This document shows positions 51,163 through 61,418 of a DNA stretch of 64,000 bases, in pieces. Every line of letters begins with the position of its first letter. The first letter of the stretch is position 1. The translations under genes were made by a program, and so were the position numbers. This stretch comes from Alphaproteobacteria bacterium. Lineage in GTDB: Bacteria; Pseudomonadota; Alphaproteobacteria; 16-39-46; JAJRRM01. The notes under the pieces are model-generated. The model was not told where the DNA came from. It did not search any database and saw only the letters and a program-made list of their open reading frames with translations. The DNA lies in NCBI GenBank assembly GCA_024279475.1, contig JAJRRM010000124.1, positions 3,942 through 67,941 on the forward strand, written 5' to 3'.

Positions 51163-52575
51163 TTACTTTCTATAGCGAATAAAAACAAAAACAAGGGTGC
51201 TTAATAAAAAAAGAGGGAGAGCAATGTCTTTTATTAGGCTGTCTAAGTTGTAAATACCCCATATAATATAGGTTGTGGCTGCTGTTGTGAGAAAAATATC
51301 TACAGCACCGATCTTATAGTTTTTTATATGGTTTTTCTTAAGAAGTATGCTAGCTGCAATAGTAAAAATATAGCAAACTAGGATAGAGAATCCAGCAAGT
51401 TTTATAATTATTTCAAAAGAATTTTCACTATCAAGAAAGCAGTGCCAGAACAGTAAGGCAGAAATGAGAAATCCCGTTACAACTAAAGCAAAAAGAGGGG
51501 TTTCATTTTTAGATAAACGAGCAAAGGACTTAGGAAACAGACCGGAACAAGCTGCAGAATAAGGCATTTGTCCTTGCAACAGAACCCAACCGTTCATGCC
51601 TCCAAGGATGGATACAATGGCGCCAAAAGTAACAAAACCAACCATATAGCTTGCATAACTAGGGGGGGAAATAGTATTAGCAACTGTTGCATAAGGTGCT
51701 AAAGAGGTTTGCATTTCTTGATTTGGAACAAGACCAATAAGAACAAAAGAAGCTACTAGATAAAGTAAGCAAGAAATACTCACGCCCCACAGAGTAGCAC
51801 GGGGTATGTTTTTCTTAGGATTTTTTACATAGCGTGCAGGAATAGAGGCACTCTCTACACCTATAAACGCCCACATAGCCATAGAAGTAGCTGTACCAAT
51901 TGCTGAGAAGTCTGTTTCTCCAGTGAGATTAAATGGCTTAAAATATTCAGGAGAAAAATAGAAAGCCCCAAAAATTGTTATAAAAAGAATAGGAAGTATT
52001 TTTAAGATAACTGTTACAACCTGAATCATGCCAGCTAACTTCATGCCTCGATAATTGATAAAAGTAAGCCCCCAAACAACTATCATAGCGATGATAAATT
52101 TTGTATAAGGACTACTAGCTAGATCAGGGAAAAAGATAGTTAAATATGCCAAAAGGCCAACTGTCATACCAGAGGTCCCCAGCCAGGCCACAAACCAGTA
52201 ATGCCAAGCCACAATGAAGGCAGGATAGTCTCCTAAACCATCAAGGGTATAGGCAAACAGCCCGCCTTGTTTAGGTAACAGCTGAGAGAGGCGTGCGAAT
52301 ATAAGTCCTATTAAAAAGGCTCCTCCACTGGCAGCTACCCATCCAAAAATAGAAATGCTTCCAAGTCTTGAAAGAGAGAGAGGAAGCAAATATATACCAC
52401 AACCTATCATGTTGCCAATAACGAGACAGGTTGCTGTTATTACACCCAATTCGCGGTGGGGCTTTATTTCTTCTATTATATTTGCAGTGTCTAATTTTCT
52501 CATGGATGCATAATAGCAATTAAAAAAAAAAATGCTATATATTTTATCCAATATAAAAATCAGTTTTCCTTTCAA
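51163..52575 (-). CDS. APC-family amino acid permease
   Basis: 470 aa (true start probably MRKLD.. at about 52503); 12 TM segments; GIGCGIY-type N-terminal motif. Confidence 0.78.
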   Translation of the reverse strand: MKGKLIFILDKIYSIFFFNCYYASMRKLDTANIIEEIKPHRELGVITATCLVIGNMIGCGIYLLPLSLSRLGSISIFGWVAASGGAFLIGLIFARLSQLLPKQGGLFAYTLDGLGDYPAFIVAWHYWFVAWLGTSGMTVGLLAYLTIFFPDLASSPYTKFIIAMIVVWGLTFINYRGMKLAGMIQVVTVILKILPILFITIFGAFYFSPEYFKPFNLTGETDFSAIGTATSMAMWAFIGVESASIPARYVKNPKKNIPRATLWGVSISCLLYLVASFVLIGLVPNQEMQTSLAPYATVANTISPPSYASYMVGFVTFGAIVSILGGMNGWVLLQGQMPYSAACSGLFPKSFARLSKNETPLFALVVTGFLISALLFWHCFLDSENSFEIIIKLAGFSILVCYIFTIAASILLKKNHIKNYKIGAVDIFLTTAATTYIIWGIYNLDSLIKDIALPLFLLSTLVFVFIRYRK

Positions 52576-52721
52576 CAGATGTTATAAGCTGTAAGATATA
52601 AAAAATACCCAAGAAATATTTCTTGTTGAAGTTTCTAGTTTATTTGTTAAATATAATAAAGGAGCTATTCATTTTTCATACAGTCCATGTTAAAGTGAGT
52701 AGGGTATAAAGGATATAGATT

Positions 52722-53459
52722 ATGTGTATAAAATTCACAGGATTTTTAGTAATAGTTAGTTTTATTTTTTTTGATTGTCTAGCACTTGCGGCTAACCATA
52801 GGAAAATTGCTCAACATGGTGTGTGGACAGTGGCAGAAGTTCCTAAAAAGGCAGTCTATGTTTTATCTTCGCCAGAAAGATCAGAAGGTAAGTACTCTAA
52901 GCGAGGTAGAGCGTATGCTATGATAACTTTTTGGCAAAAGGGGGAGTCAACTATTCATTTTGAGCAGGGATACACGGTAAAGCCAGATAGCAATATAAGA
53001 GTTTCTATTTTGGATAAAAATAAGAAGCTTATCCAAAAGTATAAATTTATTCCACATAATGAGGAAATATGGGCTCCAGCAAATTTAGATGGAAAGATTA
53101 TTTCTTTTATGAAGAACGGCTATTATATGATTGTTGAATCTAGCTCTTCCCGTGGTACGAAGACAAAAGATACTTATAATTTGTCGGGAGTGGCTAAAGC
53201 AGTAAATGAAGCATCTAGGAGGCAGTCTAAAAAAACACCAGTTAAGAAAGCCCTTGCAAAGAAAAAGAGATCTGTGAAAAAAACAACAATTAGGAAAATT
53301 CCCGCAAAGAAGGTTGTTTCTGCTAAGAAAGTTCTCGCAAAAAAAGCTGTTTCTGCGAAGAGACAAATGCCTGAAAAAAAGACAGCAGCTAAAAAAAATC
53401 CTATAAAAAAATCTAAAAAAAGGCCTCTAGTGATTAATAAATCGGCTTTGTCAGGGTAA
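52722..53459 (+). CDS. invasion-associated locus B (IalB)-like periplasmic protein with Lys/Ala-rich histone-H1-like C-terminal tail
   Basis: 245 aa; signal peptide; core W.V...........S...........ITFWQKGE...F; C-terminal 70 aa of AKK/KKA repeats. Confidence 0.55.
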   Translation: MCIKFTGFLVIVSFIFFDCLALAANHRKIAQHGVWTVAEVPKKAVYVLSSPERSEGKYSKRGRAYAMITFWQKGESTIHFEQGYTVKPDSNIRVSILDKNKKLIQKYKFIPHNEEIWAPANLDGKIISFMKNGYYMIVESSSSRGTKTKDTYNLSGVAKAVNEASRRQSKKTPVKKALAKKKRSVKKTTIRKIPAKKVVSAKKVLAKKAVSAKRQMPEKKTAAKKNPIKKSKKRPLVINKSALSG

Positions 53460-53532
53460 GTTATTAACACTTTAATTTGGTAGAAAATAATGAGATATCT
53501 TTTAAATTAAGAGAGGCTGTAAAAGAAGGTCT

Positions 53533-54636
53533 ATGAATGAGATCAAGAAAGAACTTGAAGAAAAAAAAGAGGATTCTAAAGAGAGTTTAGTAGGTTTGTC
53601 CTTGCCTGCATTAGAAAAGGAACTTTCAAGTTTACCAGCCTATAGATGTAAGCAATTATATGAAGCTCTTTATGTTCAAGGGGTACGTGATTTCTCTAGT
53701 CTTACCATTTTCCCAAAAGATCTCAGAGTGCTTTTAGAAAAAAAATATACCTTACGATCTTTTAAGCTTTCAGATGTTCAATCTTCTATGGATGGCACAC
53801 AGAAATGGCTTTTTAAAATGCCAGATGGGCAAGAGATTGAAACAGTACATATTCCTGAAAAAACAAGAGGGACATTATGTATATCTTCTCAAGTAGGTTG
53901 TACGCTCACATGTAAATTTTGTCATACAGGAACACAGACATTGGTACGTAATTTAACGGCTGGGGAAATTCTAACGCAAATTATGATGGCGCAAGATTTT
54001 TTTGAAGATTGGAAACAGTCTAAAAATAGCCGCTATGTGACTAATATTGTTTTTATGGGCATGGGGGAGCCTTTATATAATTATAATTCTGTATCAGAGG
54101 CTATGAAGATAGCTATTGATCCTAAAGGCTTAGGATTTAGTAACAGAAAAATTACTTTATCTACATCCGGTGTTGTACCATTTATTGAAAAATGTGGACA
54201 AGAGCTTGGTGTAAATTTAGCTATTTCACTACATGCTCCTACAAATGAACTAAGAAGCAAAATTGTACCTCTTAATAAGAAATATCCGTTGGAAGAACTT
54301 ATAGATGCGTGCCATGCTTATCCAGGCGTTCATAAATATAGAAAAATAACATTTGAGTACGTTATGCTAAAAGGTGTTAATGACAGTCCTTCTCAAGCAC
54401 GGGCTCTTATAAAACTTTTAGAAGGCCTACCAGCTAAGATTAATTTAATTCCATTTAACTCGTGGCCAGGTGCAAAATATGAATGCTCTTCTATAGATGC
54501 TCAGAATAAATTTTCGAATATTTTGTCTAAAGCTGGTATTTATACGTTTGTTCGTCGAGCACGAGGAGATGATATTTTAGCAGCATGCGGGCAGCTAAAA
54601 TCCAAAAGTGAGCGTGAGCGTAGGGCACGACACTAA
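53533..54636 (+). CDS. rlmN: 23S rRNA/tRNA (adenine2503-C2)-methyltransferase RlmN (radical SAM)
   Basis: 367 aa; CxxxCxxC as CTLTCKFCHTG; MGMGEPL; C-terminal Cys. Confidence 0.9.
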   Translation: MNEIKKELEEKKEDSKESLVGLSLPALEKELSSLPAYRCKQLYEALYVQGVRDFSSLTIFPKDLRVLLEKKYTLRSFKLSDVQSSMDGTQKWLFKMPDGQEIETVHIPEKTRGTLCISSQVGCTLTCKFCHTGTQTLVRNLTAGEILTQIMMAQDFFEDWKQSKNSRYVTNIVFMGMGEPLYNYNSVSEAMKIAIDPKGLGFSNRKITLSTSGVVPFIEKCGQELGVNLAISLHAPTNELRSKIVPLNKKYPLEELIDACHAYPGVHKYRKITFEYVMLKGVNDSPSQARALIKLLEGLPAKINLIPFNSWPGAKYECSSIDAQNKFSNILSKAGIYTFVRRARGDDILAACGQLKSKSERERRARH

Positions 54637-54721
54637 GGGTCTTCTTGCAAAAATAAAAGATTAGAGCAAAAACTTGTAGTTTTCATTTTGATCAGATTAT
54701 CTTATTTTTTGCAACAGGGCT
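54637..54721. mobile_element. 85-bp MITE with IS6-type terminal inverted repeats (GGGTCTTCTTGCAAAAATAAAAGA ... TCTTATTTTTTGCAACAGGGCT)
   Basis: Both repeat ends present in inverted orientation; sits immediately after the rlmN stop codon. Confidence 0.6.
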
Positions 54722-54774
54722 GATTGAATGATGTTTTAGTATAAACATACGTATAATTAAGGAATAAACAACTC

Positions 54775-55896
54775 ATGAAAACTATTACTTCTATTAAAAG
54801 TAGAATATCCAGTGTCCTAAATTTTCCTCTAATGATAGGAATAGTTCTAATGACTTTGGTGCTTTCTACAATAGCTCATTGTTCTCAAGGAGATATCCAA
54901 CATATTCCAATAGCTGAACAAACATATAATCTCACCAGAGAACAGCATGAAGGCTTCCTAAGATACCTTGAAACCAGGGAGCAAGCTAAGCAAGACGTAC
55001 GTAAGGCCAGTTTATATGCTATGGATAAAGGTGTTGATTTTCTTGAGATTACCAATAGAATTTTGGCATGTCACTATTGCCTCAAGCATCCTAAAATCAA
55101 ACAAGAAATTTTATCTACAGGTCGTCGCTTTTTTATTTTTAAATACCCAAGTGATGATTTAAGTATTATTGGCTTTTTAAGCTATGTCCCTAAAGCACAA
55201 TCTCCCAAATCTATTTTCCTAATACGTGGTGGAAATCGCAGTTTTAGTCTCCTTCATCCCGGACGTGAAGATTATATCAAAGGTGACCATACATACATTG
55301 GTACAACCCTCCGAGGAGGAATCAACTTTGGTCGAGATGAATTTGGGGGCAAGGATGTTAACGATGTTATTAACCTTGTTAAATTTATACCCACACTCCA
55401 GTCCAAAATAGAGGGAACCCTCCAAACCAATGATATATATCTCATTGGTTTGAGCCGTGGAGCCATGGAAATGATCCTTGCACTGAACCGCTCAAAATGG
55501 CTGCAAGGAAAAGTAAGAAAGGCTGTTTCAGTTGTGGGGATGTTGGATTTGGAAGAATGGATTAAAACGCGTCCAAGTGTTCTTAGCAAGTTTAAAAGGA
55601 ACTTTCTCCTCAATCGCTATAATAAAGAAACCTGGCTTAAAGCTCGTAATCCTATGAAGAACATTGACAAAATTCGTAAAGATTTGCCTATCTTAATCAT
55701 ACAAGGTGGAAAAGATATTCGGGTAAATCCTGCTCTGGGAAAGAATATGTTTAAAAAACTAAAATCCCTTGGCCATAATGTTACCTACTGGGAGAACAAA
55801 GATAAAGGTCATGAATTCCAAGGAGTTGATGCTGCATTAGAGGAGTGGCTTGAACTCAAAATAAGTGGCCCTGTTGCAAAAAATAAAATGAGATGA
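54775..55896 (+). CDS. alpha/beta hydrolase (S9 prolyl-oligopeptidase/dienelactone-hydrolase-like)
   Basis: 373 aa; GLSRGA nucleophile elbow; the last nine codons (GPVAKNKMR-stop) are encoded by an IS6-type terminal repeat. Confidence 0.65.
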   Translation: MKTITSIKSRISSVLNFPLMIGIVLMTLVLSTIAHCSQGDIQHIPIAEQTYNLTREQHEGFLRYLETREQAKQDVRKASLYAMDKGVDFLEITNRILACHYCLKHPKIKQEILSTGRRFFIFKYPSDDLSIIGFLSYVPKAQSPKSIFLIRGGNRSFSLLHPGREDYIKGDHTYIGTTLRGGINFGRDEFGGKDVNDVINLVKFIPTLQSKIEGTLQTNDIYLIGLSRGAMEMILALNRSKWLQGKVRKAVSVVGMLDLEEWIKTRPSVLSKFKRNFLLNRYNKETWLKARNPMKNIDKIRKDLPILIIQGGKDIRVNPALGKNMFKKLKSLGHNVTYWENKDKGHEFQGVDAALEEWLELKISGPVAKNKMR

Positions 55897-56000
55897 TGAG
55901 ATATCTCTCTTAGAGTATAAATGTAAGAGGATATCTTAATGAATGATTTTAAAGGGAAGCATTATCAAGTGAAATATCTTAATAATATTGTTGAATAAGA
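55867..56000 (+). mobile_element. IS6-family remnant (terminal repeat plus transposase N-terminal fragment MNDFKGKHYQVKYLNNIVE)
   Basis: GGCCCTGTTGCAAAAAATAAAATGA followed by ATGAATGATTTTAAAGGGAAGCATTATCAAGTGAAATA; overlaps the 3' end of the hydrolase gene. Confidence 0.55.
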
Positions 56001-56046
56001 TCATAGAAAACGAATACTGAAGTTTTCAGTAAAATTATCTTTAAAG

Positions 56047-56727
56047 TTATTCTGTGGTTATTATAATGATTTGTGTATTGTCATCTGATGCTTTGAAATT
56101 GAGGTTTCCCCCACGCACAAGATCACCATCTTTTACAATTTTTCCGTTTAAATCACCACTACCTCGAGTTATATAGGCAAGAAATTTACCGTCTTTTGAT
56201 ATTTCTTGCTCAGTAAAGAGCCTGCCGACTTCTATTATAGTGTGGCTATCTAGTGTTTTTCTTTGATCTTTTGTGCTGCCGTAAATACGAATCAATTTTC
56301 CATGCTTAAGATTATAATGTTTATAGTCCGCTGCTTCCCCCAGTGTTTCGGGCAATACCCAAAGCTGAATCATACGATTTTCAGTAGCGTCCGGGTTTAT
56401 CTCATTATGGCTAAAACCTTCACCTCCTGCACGCTGTGCCTGTGCTTGATTGGCGATCATAGACTGACCATGTTCCAAGGATCCTTCGTGAGAAATCCGA
56501 CCTTCTACGACAACAGAAATAACATCCATTTCCTTGTGAGAGTGTAGGGTTGTTTCACCTTTTGGTAAAAATCGTGCATCTGCAAGATATACAAAGTTAC
56601 CCAAGCCATTCCACACATCGCTGCCGCCACCAATACGGTTATCTTTTACAAGGATGTGCTCTTTCAATCCTGCAAATCCGCCAAGGGGTAAATTATCTCT
56701 ACGTAAAATTTCCATGCTCATTTCCAT
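56047..56727 (-). CDS. pirin-family (bicupin) protein
   Basis: 226 aa; metal-binding HSHKEMDV...E pattern; F.P.G.TT.HSH. Confidence 0.72.
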   Translation of the reverse strand: MEMSMEILRRDNLPLGGFAGLKEHILVKDNRIGGGSDVWNGLGNFVYLADARFLPKGETTLHSHKEMDVISVVVEGRISHEGSLEHGQSMIANQAQAQRAGGEGFSHNEINPDATENRMIQLWVLPETLGEAADYKHYNLKHGKLIRIYGSTKDQRKTLDSHTIIEVGRLFTEQEISKDGKFLAYITRGSGDLNGKIVKDGDLVRGGNLNFKASDDNTQIIIITTE

Positions 56728-56821
56728 ATTTCCTTTTTGTGGATTGAAAAAGCTGTTAAAAAATAATTAGATATAATGTAGCCTATACAGTGTTTTTGTA
56801 AAGTAGACCTCTTTTAGAGGT

Positions 56822-57565
56822 CTTTGTTTCAAAAAATAAAATAATAAGAATTCTGGCCTTGTTTCAAAAAATAAAATTGGTAAAAGAGGTGTTGTTATTT
56901 AGCTTTATTTAACGGGTATAAATACCAAAAGTTTGATTAATAAACCGCACTTCTTCCATAACATTCTTTTCATTCATCCCTGTAGATAGCTGTCCTTTTT
57001 TAAACATCCGCATTATTTCAAAAAGGGTATCATAAGCTGTTTTCATGGACTTAAAACCAAGCGTAGGTTTCATTAAACGCTTAAGATTGCCATAATCTGA
57101 CTCAACAATATTGTTAAGATATTTCACTGAATGATGCTTCATATATTCTGGACACTTTCCTTCTTTCTTTAATCGATAGCTATATCATAAGTGGGTGATT
57201 TATCTGTGTTAATAGAAGAAGGAGGGTCCCTGACTTCATACTCTTAAGGGATTTACCCAAGAAACGCTTAGCAGCCTTGGAGTTCCGTGTAGCTGAAAGA
57301 TAGAAATCAATAGTACATCCTTTAAGAGTCAACTGCTCTATATAAATAGGTCCATTTCCCCTTTACCTTTACATAGATTTCATCAACTCTCCAGCTATAT
57401 CCATGGCAGGTTTCCAGTAATACCAGAGACGTTTTCCATTTCAGGGGCATAGTGTTGTATCCAACGATAGAGGGTTGTGTGATCTACTTCAACACCTCTC
57501 TCTCTTTCATTCATGCCAACAGGGATTTTTCTTAAACATACGCCTTCATGCTAAAAGATCTAGGG
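56822..57565 (-). mobile_element. degraded IS6-family element (about 740 bp) with transposase C-terminal fragment and two terminal-repeat-like copies
   Basis: Minus-strand ORF 56909..57142 encodes ..NIVESDYGNLKRLMKPTLGFKSMKTAYDTLFEIMRMFKKGQ, an IS26 Tnp C-terminus homolog; repeat variants CTTTGTTTCAAAAAATAAAAT lie at 56822 and 56856. Confidence 0.65.
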
Positions 57566-57567
57566 TA

Positions 57568-58350
57568 CTAGTCACGGTTATCATAGGCATCTAAAATACG
57601 CTCAAGCATTTCTTGGTTCCATGCTTTTAAGTCTTTAAGAAAGGCTTTATTAGAATTGGATAGAAGATAATGACGATCTGGATCCCATGGCGTGTTTCTT
57701 AGGCTCCCTTCTGCGTTAGAGATGTTTCTAGTACGAGGGTCAAGAAAATAAGAGATAAATATTTTGTTGCTAGATCCAACAATTTGATATCCTACACGGA
57801 AAAATATTTCTTTAGGAGGAAAATCAAGCCCCGTTCTCTTGAGGTATTGTTTACCATAATAAGAAGCTTTCATAAGTGTTGGTGCAATGTATGTTAAGCT
57901 TGGAGCACTAAATCCACGAGTCTTCTTTTTTGTATTTGGTGCAGCTACGTAAAATGATTTTGTATAAAAAGCATGATGAATGTCTGATTCACCTGTCGCT
58001 GTGAATTGAGAGCCTAAAAGTTTAGATTCAGAAGTAGTTGAGTATTCGACTATATCTAGACCAAGAGGGAGTTCGATAAGTACAGAATTAGAAAGTGCTT
58101 TTTCAAATTCCTGGACAAGAATCACTTTTCCAATTGGAACTTTTGGCGTTGCTGTTGCTTGTGAGAGAGAAACAACCCAGTCACCAGCAGGAAGAGGAAC
58201 ATCATAAATGCCAACGTGAACAGATCCAGCATAAATATCACCTTCTGTAGGTAGTGGGAGTTTACCATTTTTATATTGATCAGCAATGTTTGCGCAACCT
58301 GCTAAAAAAACAAGTAGTGCTAGTGAGTATTTTTTTAAAGACTGGAACAT
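57568..58350 (-). CDS. hypothetical lipoprotein (260 aa)
   Basis: Lipobox LLVFLAGCAN; no family recognised. Confidence 0.5.
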   Translation of the reverse strand: MFQSLKKYSLALLVFLAGCANIADQYKNGKLPLPTEGDIYAGSVHVGIYDVPLPAGDWVVSLSQATATPKVPIGKVILVQEFEKALSNSVLIELPLGLDIVEYSTTSESKLLGSQFTATGESDIHHAFYTKSFYVAAPNTKKKTRGFSAPSLTYIAPTLMKASYYGKQYLKRTGLDFPPKEIFFRVGYQIVGSSNKIFISYFLDPRTRNISNAEGSLRNTPWDPDRHYLLSNSNKAFLKDLKAWNQEMLERILDAYDNRD

Positions 58351-58400
58351 AAGTTTCCCTTATTTTTTTTCTATATTTTTATAATTGCCTCAGTTTAGCA

Positions 58401-58477
58401 TGGTGCCGGATGTCGGATTCGAACCAACGACCTACTGATTACAAATCAGTTGCTCTACCAACTGAGCTAATCCGGCA
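58401..58477 (-). tRNA. tRNA-Thr (anticodon TGT)
   Basis: Reverse complement GCCGGATTAGCTCAGTTGGTAGAGCAACTGATTTGTAATCAGTAGGTCGTTGGTTCGAATCCGACATCCGGCACCA; anticodon loop TTTGTAA. Confidence 0.8.
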
Positions 58478-58561
58478 GCAGTTATCGAAATAGATACCGT
58501 GTTTTCGGTATTTTGCCAAGAGGGGGTAATTGAAAGTACAAACTTTACAGTAGACAAAAAA

Positions 58562-59170
58562 CTAGGTGAGGCATTTTTGCATCTCTTCCAATGTTCTTTG
58601 TACTGTATTTATGCCTTTGTTTTTTTGGCTGGAAGTAGCTAGTATTTCAGGAAAAGCAGCGGGATGTTTTTTAAGTATTTCTGTTGTTTTTTCACAAAGA
58701 TATTTTAAGGAAGATTCTTTTATCTTATCTATTTTAGTCAAGACAACTTGATATGTAACAGCAGCTTCATCAAGCATCATTAAGATTTCTTCATCAACTT
58801 TTTTTAGTCCATGTCTGCTATCAACAAGCAGAAATAAACGATGAAGAGTAGGGCGTCCACGTAGATAGTCTTTTAAGAGGGCTTGCCAGTTTTTTACGAC
58901 GTTCTTTGGTGCCTTTGCAAAGCCATATCCGGGCAAGTCTACCAGGTACAGTTTTGATTTATAGCTTGTAGGCTCAAAAAAATTAAGAGCCTGTGTGCGT
59001 CCTGGTGTAGAGGAAGTTTTTGCGAGACCTTTTTGTTTCGTTACAGCATTTAGCAGGGAAGATTTTCCAACATTAGAACGTCCAACAAAAGCATATTCCG
59101 GTCTATCAGCATCAGGCAGATCCTTTAGATGATGGACGCTTATTATGTACTTCCAAGGATGTTTAAACAT
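58562..59170 (-). CDS. engB: ribosome biogenesis GTP-binding protein EngB/YihA
   Basis: 202 aa; G1 GRSNVGKSSL; DLPGYG; conserved position upstream of yidC. Confidence 0.85.
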   Translation of the reverse strand: MFKHPWKYIISVHHLKDLPDADRPEYAFVGRSNVGKSSLLNAVTKQKGLAKTSSTPGRTQALNFFEPTSYKSKLYLVDLPGYGFAKAPKNVVKNWQALLKDYLRGRPTLHRLFLLVDSRHGLKKVDEEILMMLDEAAVTYQVVLTKIDKIKESSLKYLCEKTTEILKKHPAAFPEILATSSQKNKGINTVQRTLEEMQKCLT

Positions 59171-60862
59171 TTAAACAGTCTTTTTTTTAGCTGTCCTTGC
59201 AATGAACCATTGTTGAGCAATGGATAGAATGTTATTCCATGTCCAGTAAATTACAAGGCCAGAAGGGAATTTAGCAAACATAAAGATGAATAGAAGAGGC
59301 AGCATCATCATTACTTTTCCTTGAACAGGATCTGCAGGCTGGGGGCTCATACGTTGTTGCAAGAACATAGAAGCACCAAGCATAAGAGGCCATGCCCCAA
59401 TCATTAGAAATTCTGGTGGAGACCAAGGAATAGCTCCAAATAGGTTAAAGAGAGTAGTTGAATCTGGTATAGACAAATCGTGTATCCAGCCAAAGAAAGA
59501 TGCTTGGCGCATTTCAAGGGAAATAAAGAGGACTTTATATAAACCAAAGAAAAAAGGAATTTGAATTAGCATAGGCAAACAACCAGAGACAGGATTAACT
59601 TTTTCTTTTTTATAAAGCTCCATCATTGCTTTGTTTAACTCTGTTTTGTCTGTAGCATAGCGTTCCTGCAAAGCTTTCATTTTAGGCTGCAGTATTTTCA
59701 TTCGTGCCATAGAGCGGTATGATTTATTTGCTAGAGGAAAGAAGATAAGCTTAATTAAAACTGTTAAGAGCAAAATACATAGTCCCATATTAGAAATATA
59801 TTCGTGCAAGAAGCTTAGGGTATAAAATAAAGGTTTTGTAATGACATAGAACCAACCAAAATCAACAGAACGGTCAAAGCTTGGTATATTTAAGGTTTTC
59901 TCATAACTATCTAGCAAACTTACTTCCTTTGCTCCAGCAAAAAAATGTGTTGTTAATGTGTGTGTTTGTCCGCTAGCAATAGTAATTTTAGATCCTTTAA
60001 TAGAGGTTTGGTAGAACTGCTTGTTATCTGTTGAGAGATTTTTATTAGATTTAAACTCATAAGTATATTGGAGAGATTGGTCTGGAATAAGAGCAGAAAG
60101 CCAGTATTTGTCTGTAAAACCAATCCAGCCACCAGTGGAAACTTCTTCAATTTTTTCTTTAGATTGAAGATCTTCATAGCCAATTTCTTTAAGAGAATCA
60201 TTAATGATACCAATAGGACCAACATAATAAGCCATATGTTCTGCGGCTTTACGGTTGCCACCTTGTGAAATGAAGGCATAAGGATAGAGATTTACCGGTT
60301 TGCTGCTGGTATTTCTAACGCGCTGAACAATGGTAAACATATAGTTGTCATCAAGAGAGATAACGCGCTCAAATATTAGACCTTGATTGTTTTTATAGCT
60401 AAGCGTAAGAGGAGATTCAGAGGTAAGTTTAGAAGAAGATGCTTTCCATTGAGTTGAACGTGTAGGGGTCTCAATATTTGGATTTGTACTTAGCCAGCCA
60501 AAGTTAGCGTAATAAGGAGACTTTGTGTTTAGAGGGGAGAGAAAGTCTACCAAGGAGCTAGCAGGATTGGTTGTTAAATGATACTTGTTAAGAACAAGAT
60601 TGTTTATAGAACCTCCCTTAGAGGATAAAGATCCAGTTACACTGGGGGCAGAAATGGTAATTTGAGTTTCTTTTTCAACAGAAAGATAATCTTCTTTAGA
60701 GGCATACGTGAATACAGGAGAAGTAACAGTTGCGAGTTGTTGAGGCTGCATTTGAGCTATTGGCAGCGGGCTAGTGTTTTTATTAGAAAAAAAATAATTA
60801 TAGCCAAACAGGACAGCCACAGAAAGACCTAAAGCTATGATTAAATTGCGTGTATCGTTCAT
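59171..60862 (-). CDS. yidC: membrane protein insertase YidC
   Basis: 563 aa; N-terminal TM, large periplasmic domain, C-terminal 60KD_IMP core (GC.PML.Q.P....LY). Confidence 0.9.
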   Translation of the reverse strand: MNDTRNLIIALGLSVAVLFGYNYFFSNKNTSPLPIAQMQPQQLATVTSPVFTYASKEDYLSVEKETQITISAPSVTGSLSSKGGSINNLVLNKYHLTTNPASSLVDFLSPLNTKSPYYANFGWLSTNPNIETPTRSTQWKASSSKLTSESPLTLSYKNNQGLIFERVISLDDNYMFTIVQRVRNTSSKPVNLYPYAFISQGGNRKAAEHMAYYVGPIGIINDSLKEIGYEDLQSKEKIEEVSTGGWIGFTDKYWLSALIPDQSLQYTYEFKSNKNLSTDNKQFYQTSIKGSKITIASGQTHTLTTHFFAGAKEVSLLDSYEKTLNIPSFDRSVDFGWFYVITKPLFYTLSFLHEYISNMGLCILLLTVLIKLIFFPLANKSYRSMARMKILQPKMKALQERYATDKTELNKAMMELYKKEKVNPVSGCLPMLIQIPFFFGLYKVLFISLEMRQASFFGWIHDLSIPDSTTLFNLFGAIPWSPPEFLMIGAWPLMLGASMFLQQRMSPQPADPVQGKVMMMLPLLFIFMFAKFPSGLVIYWTWNNILSIAQQWFIARTAKKKTV

Positions 60863-60876
60863 TTTATCTTTTTTCC

Positions 60877-61185
60877 TTATTTATCTTCAGACTTGTACAC
60901 GTTTCGTTTAGAGGATGCAACTTTCAATTTTTTTGAGGATTTCCCCCAAATAACAGGATCGAAACCATGCCCACCCCAAGGATGGCATCTCAACAGACGT
61001 TTCATGGTTAGAAATGTTCCTTTGAGAAAACCAAGGCGTTGGAAGGCTTCCATGGAATATTCAGAACATGTAGGCCTGAATCTACAAACTGTCATCCAAG
61101 GGGAAAGGATTAATTGATAACCTCGGAGCAGCCATAGGATAGGATAAACATAGAGTTTTGATTTTTTAGTCATGCGCGTCACCAT
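60877..61185 (-). CDS. yidD: membrane protein insertion efficiency factor YidD
   Basis: YQ..ISP.....CRF.PTCSEY...A....G...G..L...R..RCHP motif. Confidence 0.8.
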   Translation of the reverse strand: MVTRMTKKSKLYVYPILWLLRGYQLILSPWMTVCRFRPTCSEYSMEAFQRLGFLKGTFLTMKRLLRCHPWGGHGFDPVIWGKSSKKLKVASSKRNVYKSEDK

Positions 61186-61418
61186 AGTCTTAAAGAGCTA
61201 TTTTGGCTATGTAGAAAGATATAAATTTTTAATATATTAAATACGTAGTCGTATACGTTCAATTATAGGACAAGTTTAGGGTATTTAGGAGGTAAAATGT
61301 GAGGCATTATATCAAACAGTAATGTAAGGTAAAATTTCTGGAAAGCACGAACAGTTGTTTTAGTGCTATTTTTGCAAAGGTACATCGTTGTTTAGAACAA
61401 TAAAGAGGAGACTTATTG

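Noticed and set aside
53085-53470. ORFs 53085..53366 and 53174..53470 on the minus strand
   Set aside because: They are Phe/Leu-rich mirror images of the Lys/Ala-rich tail coding region of the IalB-like gene.
56909-57142. 77-aa ORF resembling a transposase
   Set aside because: It is only the C-terminal third of an IS6 transposase, and the upstream part is in broken frames. It is reported as part of a degraded mobile element, not as a gene.
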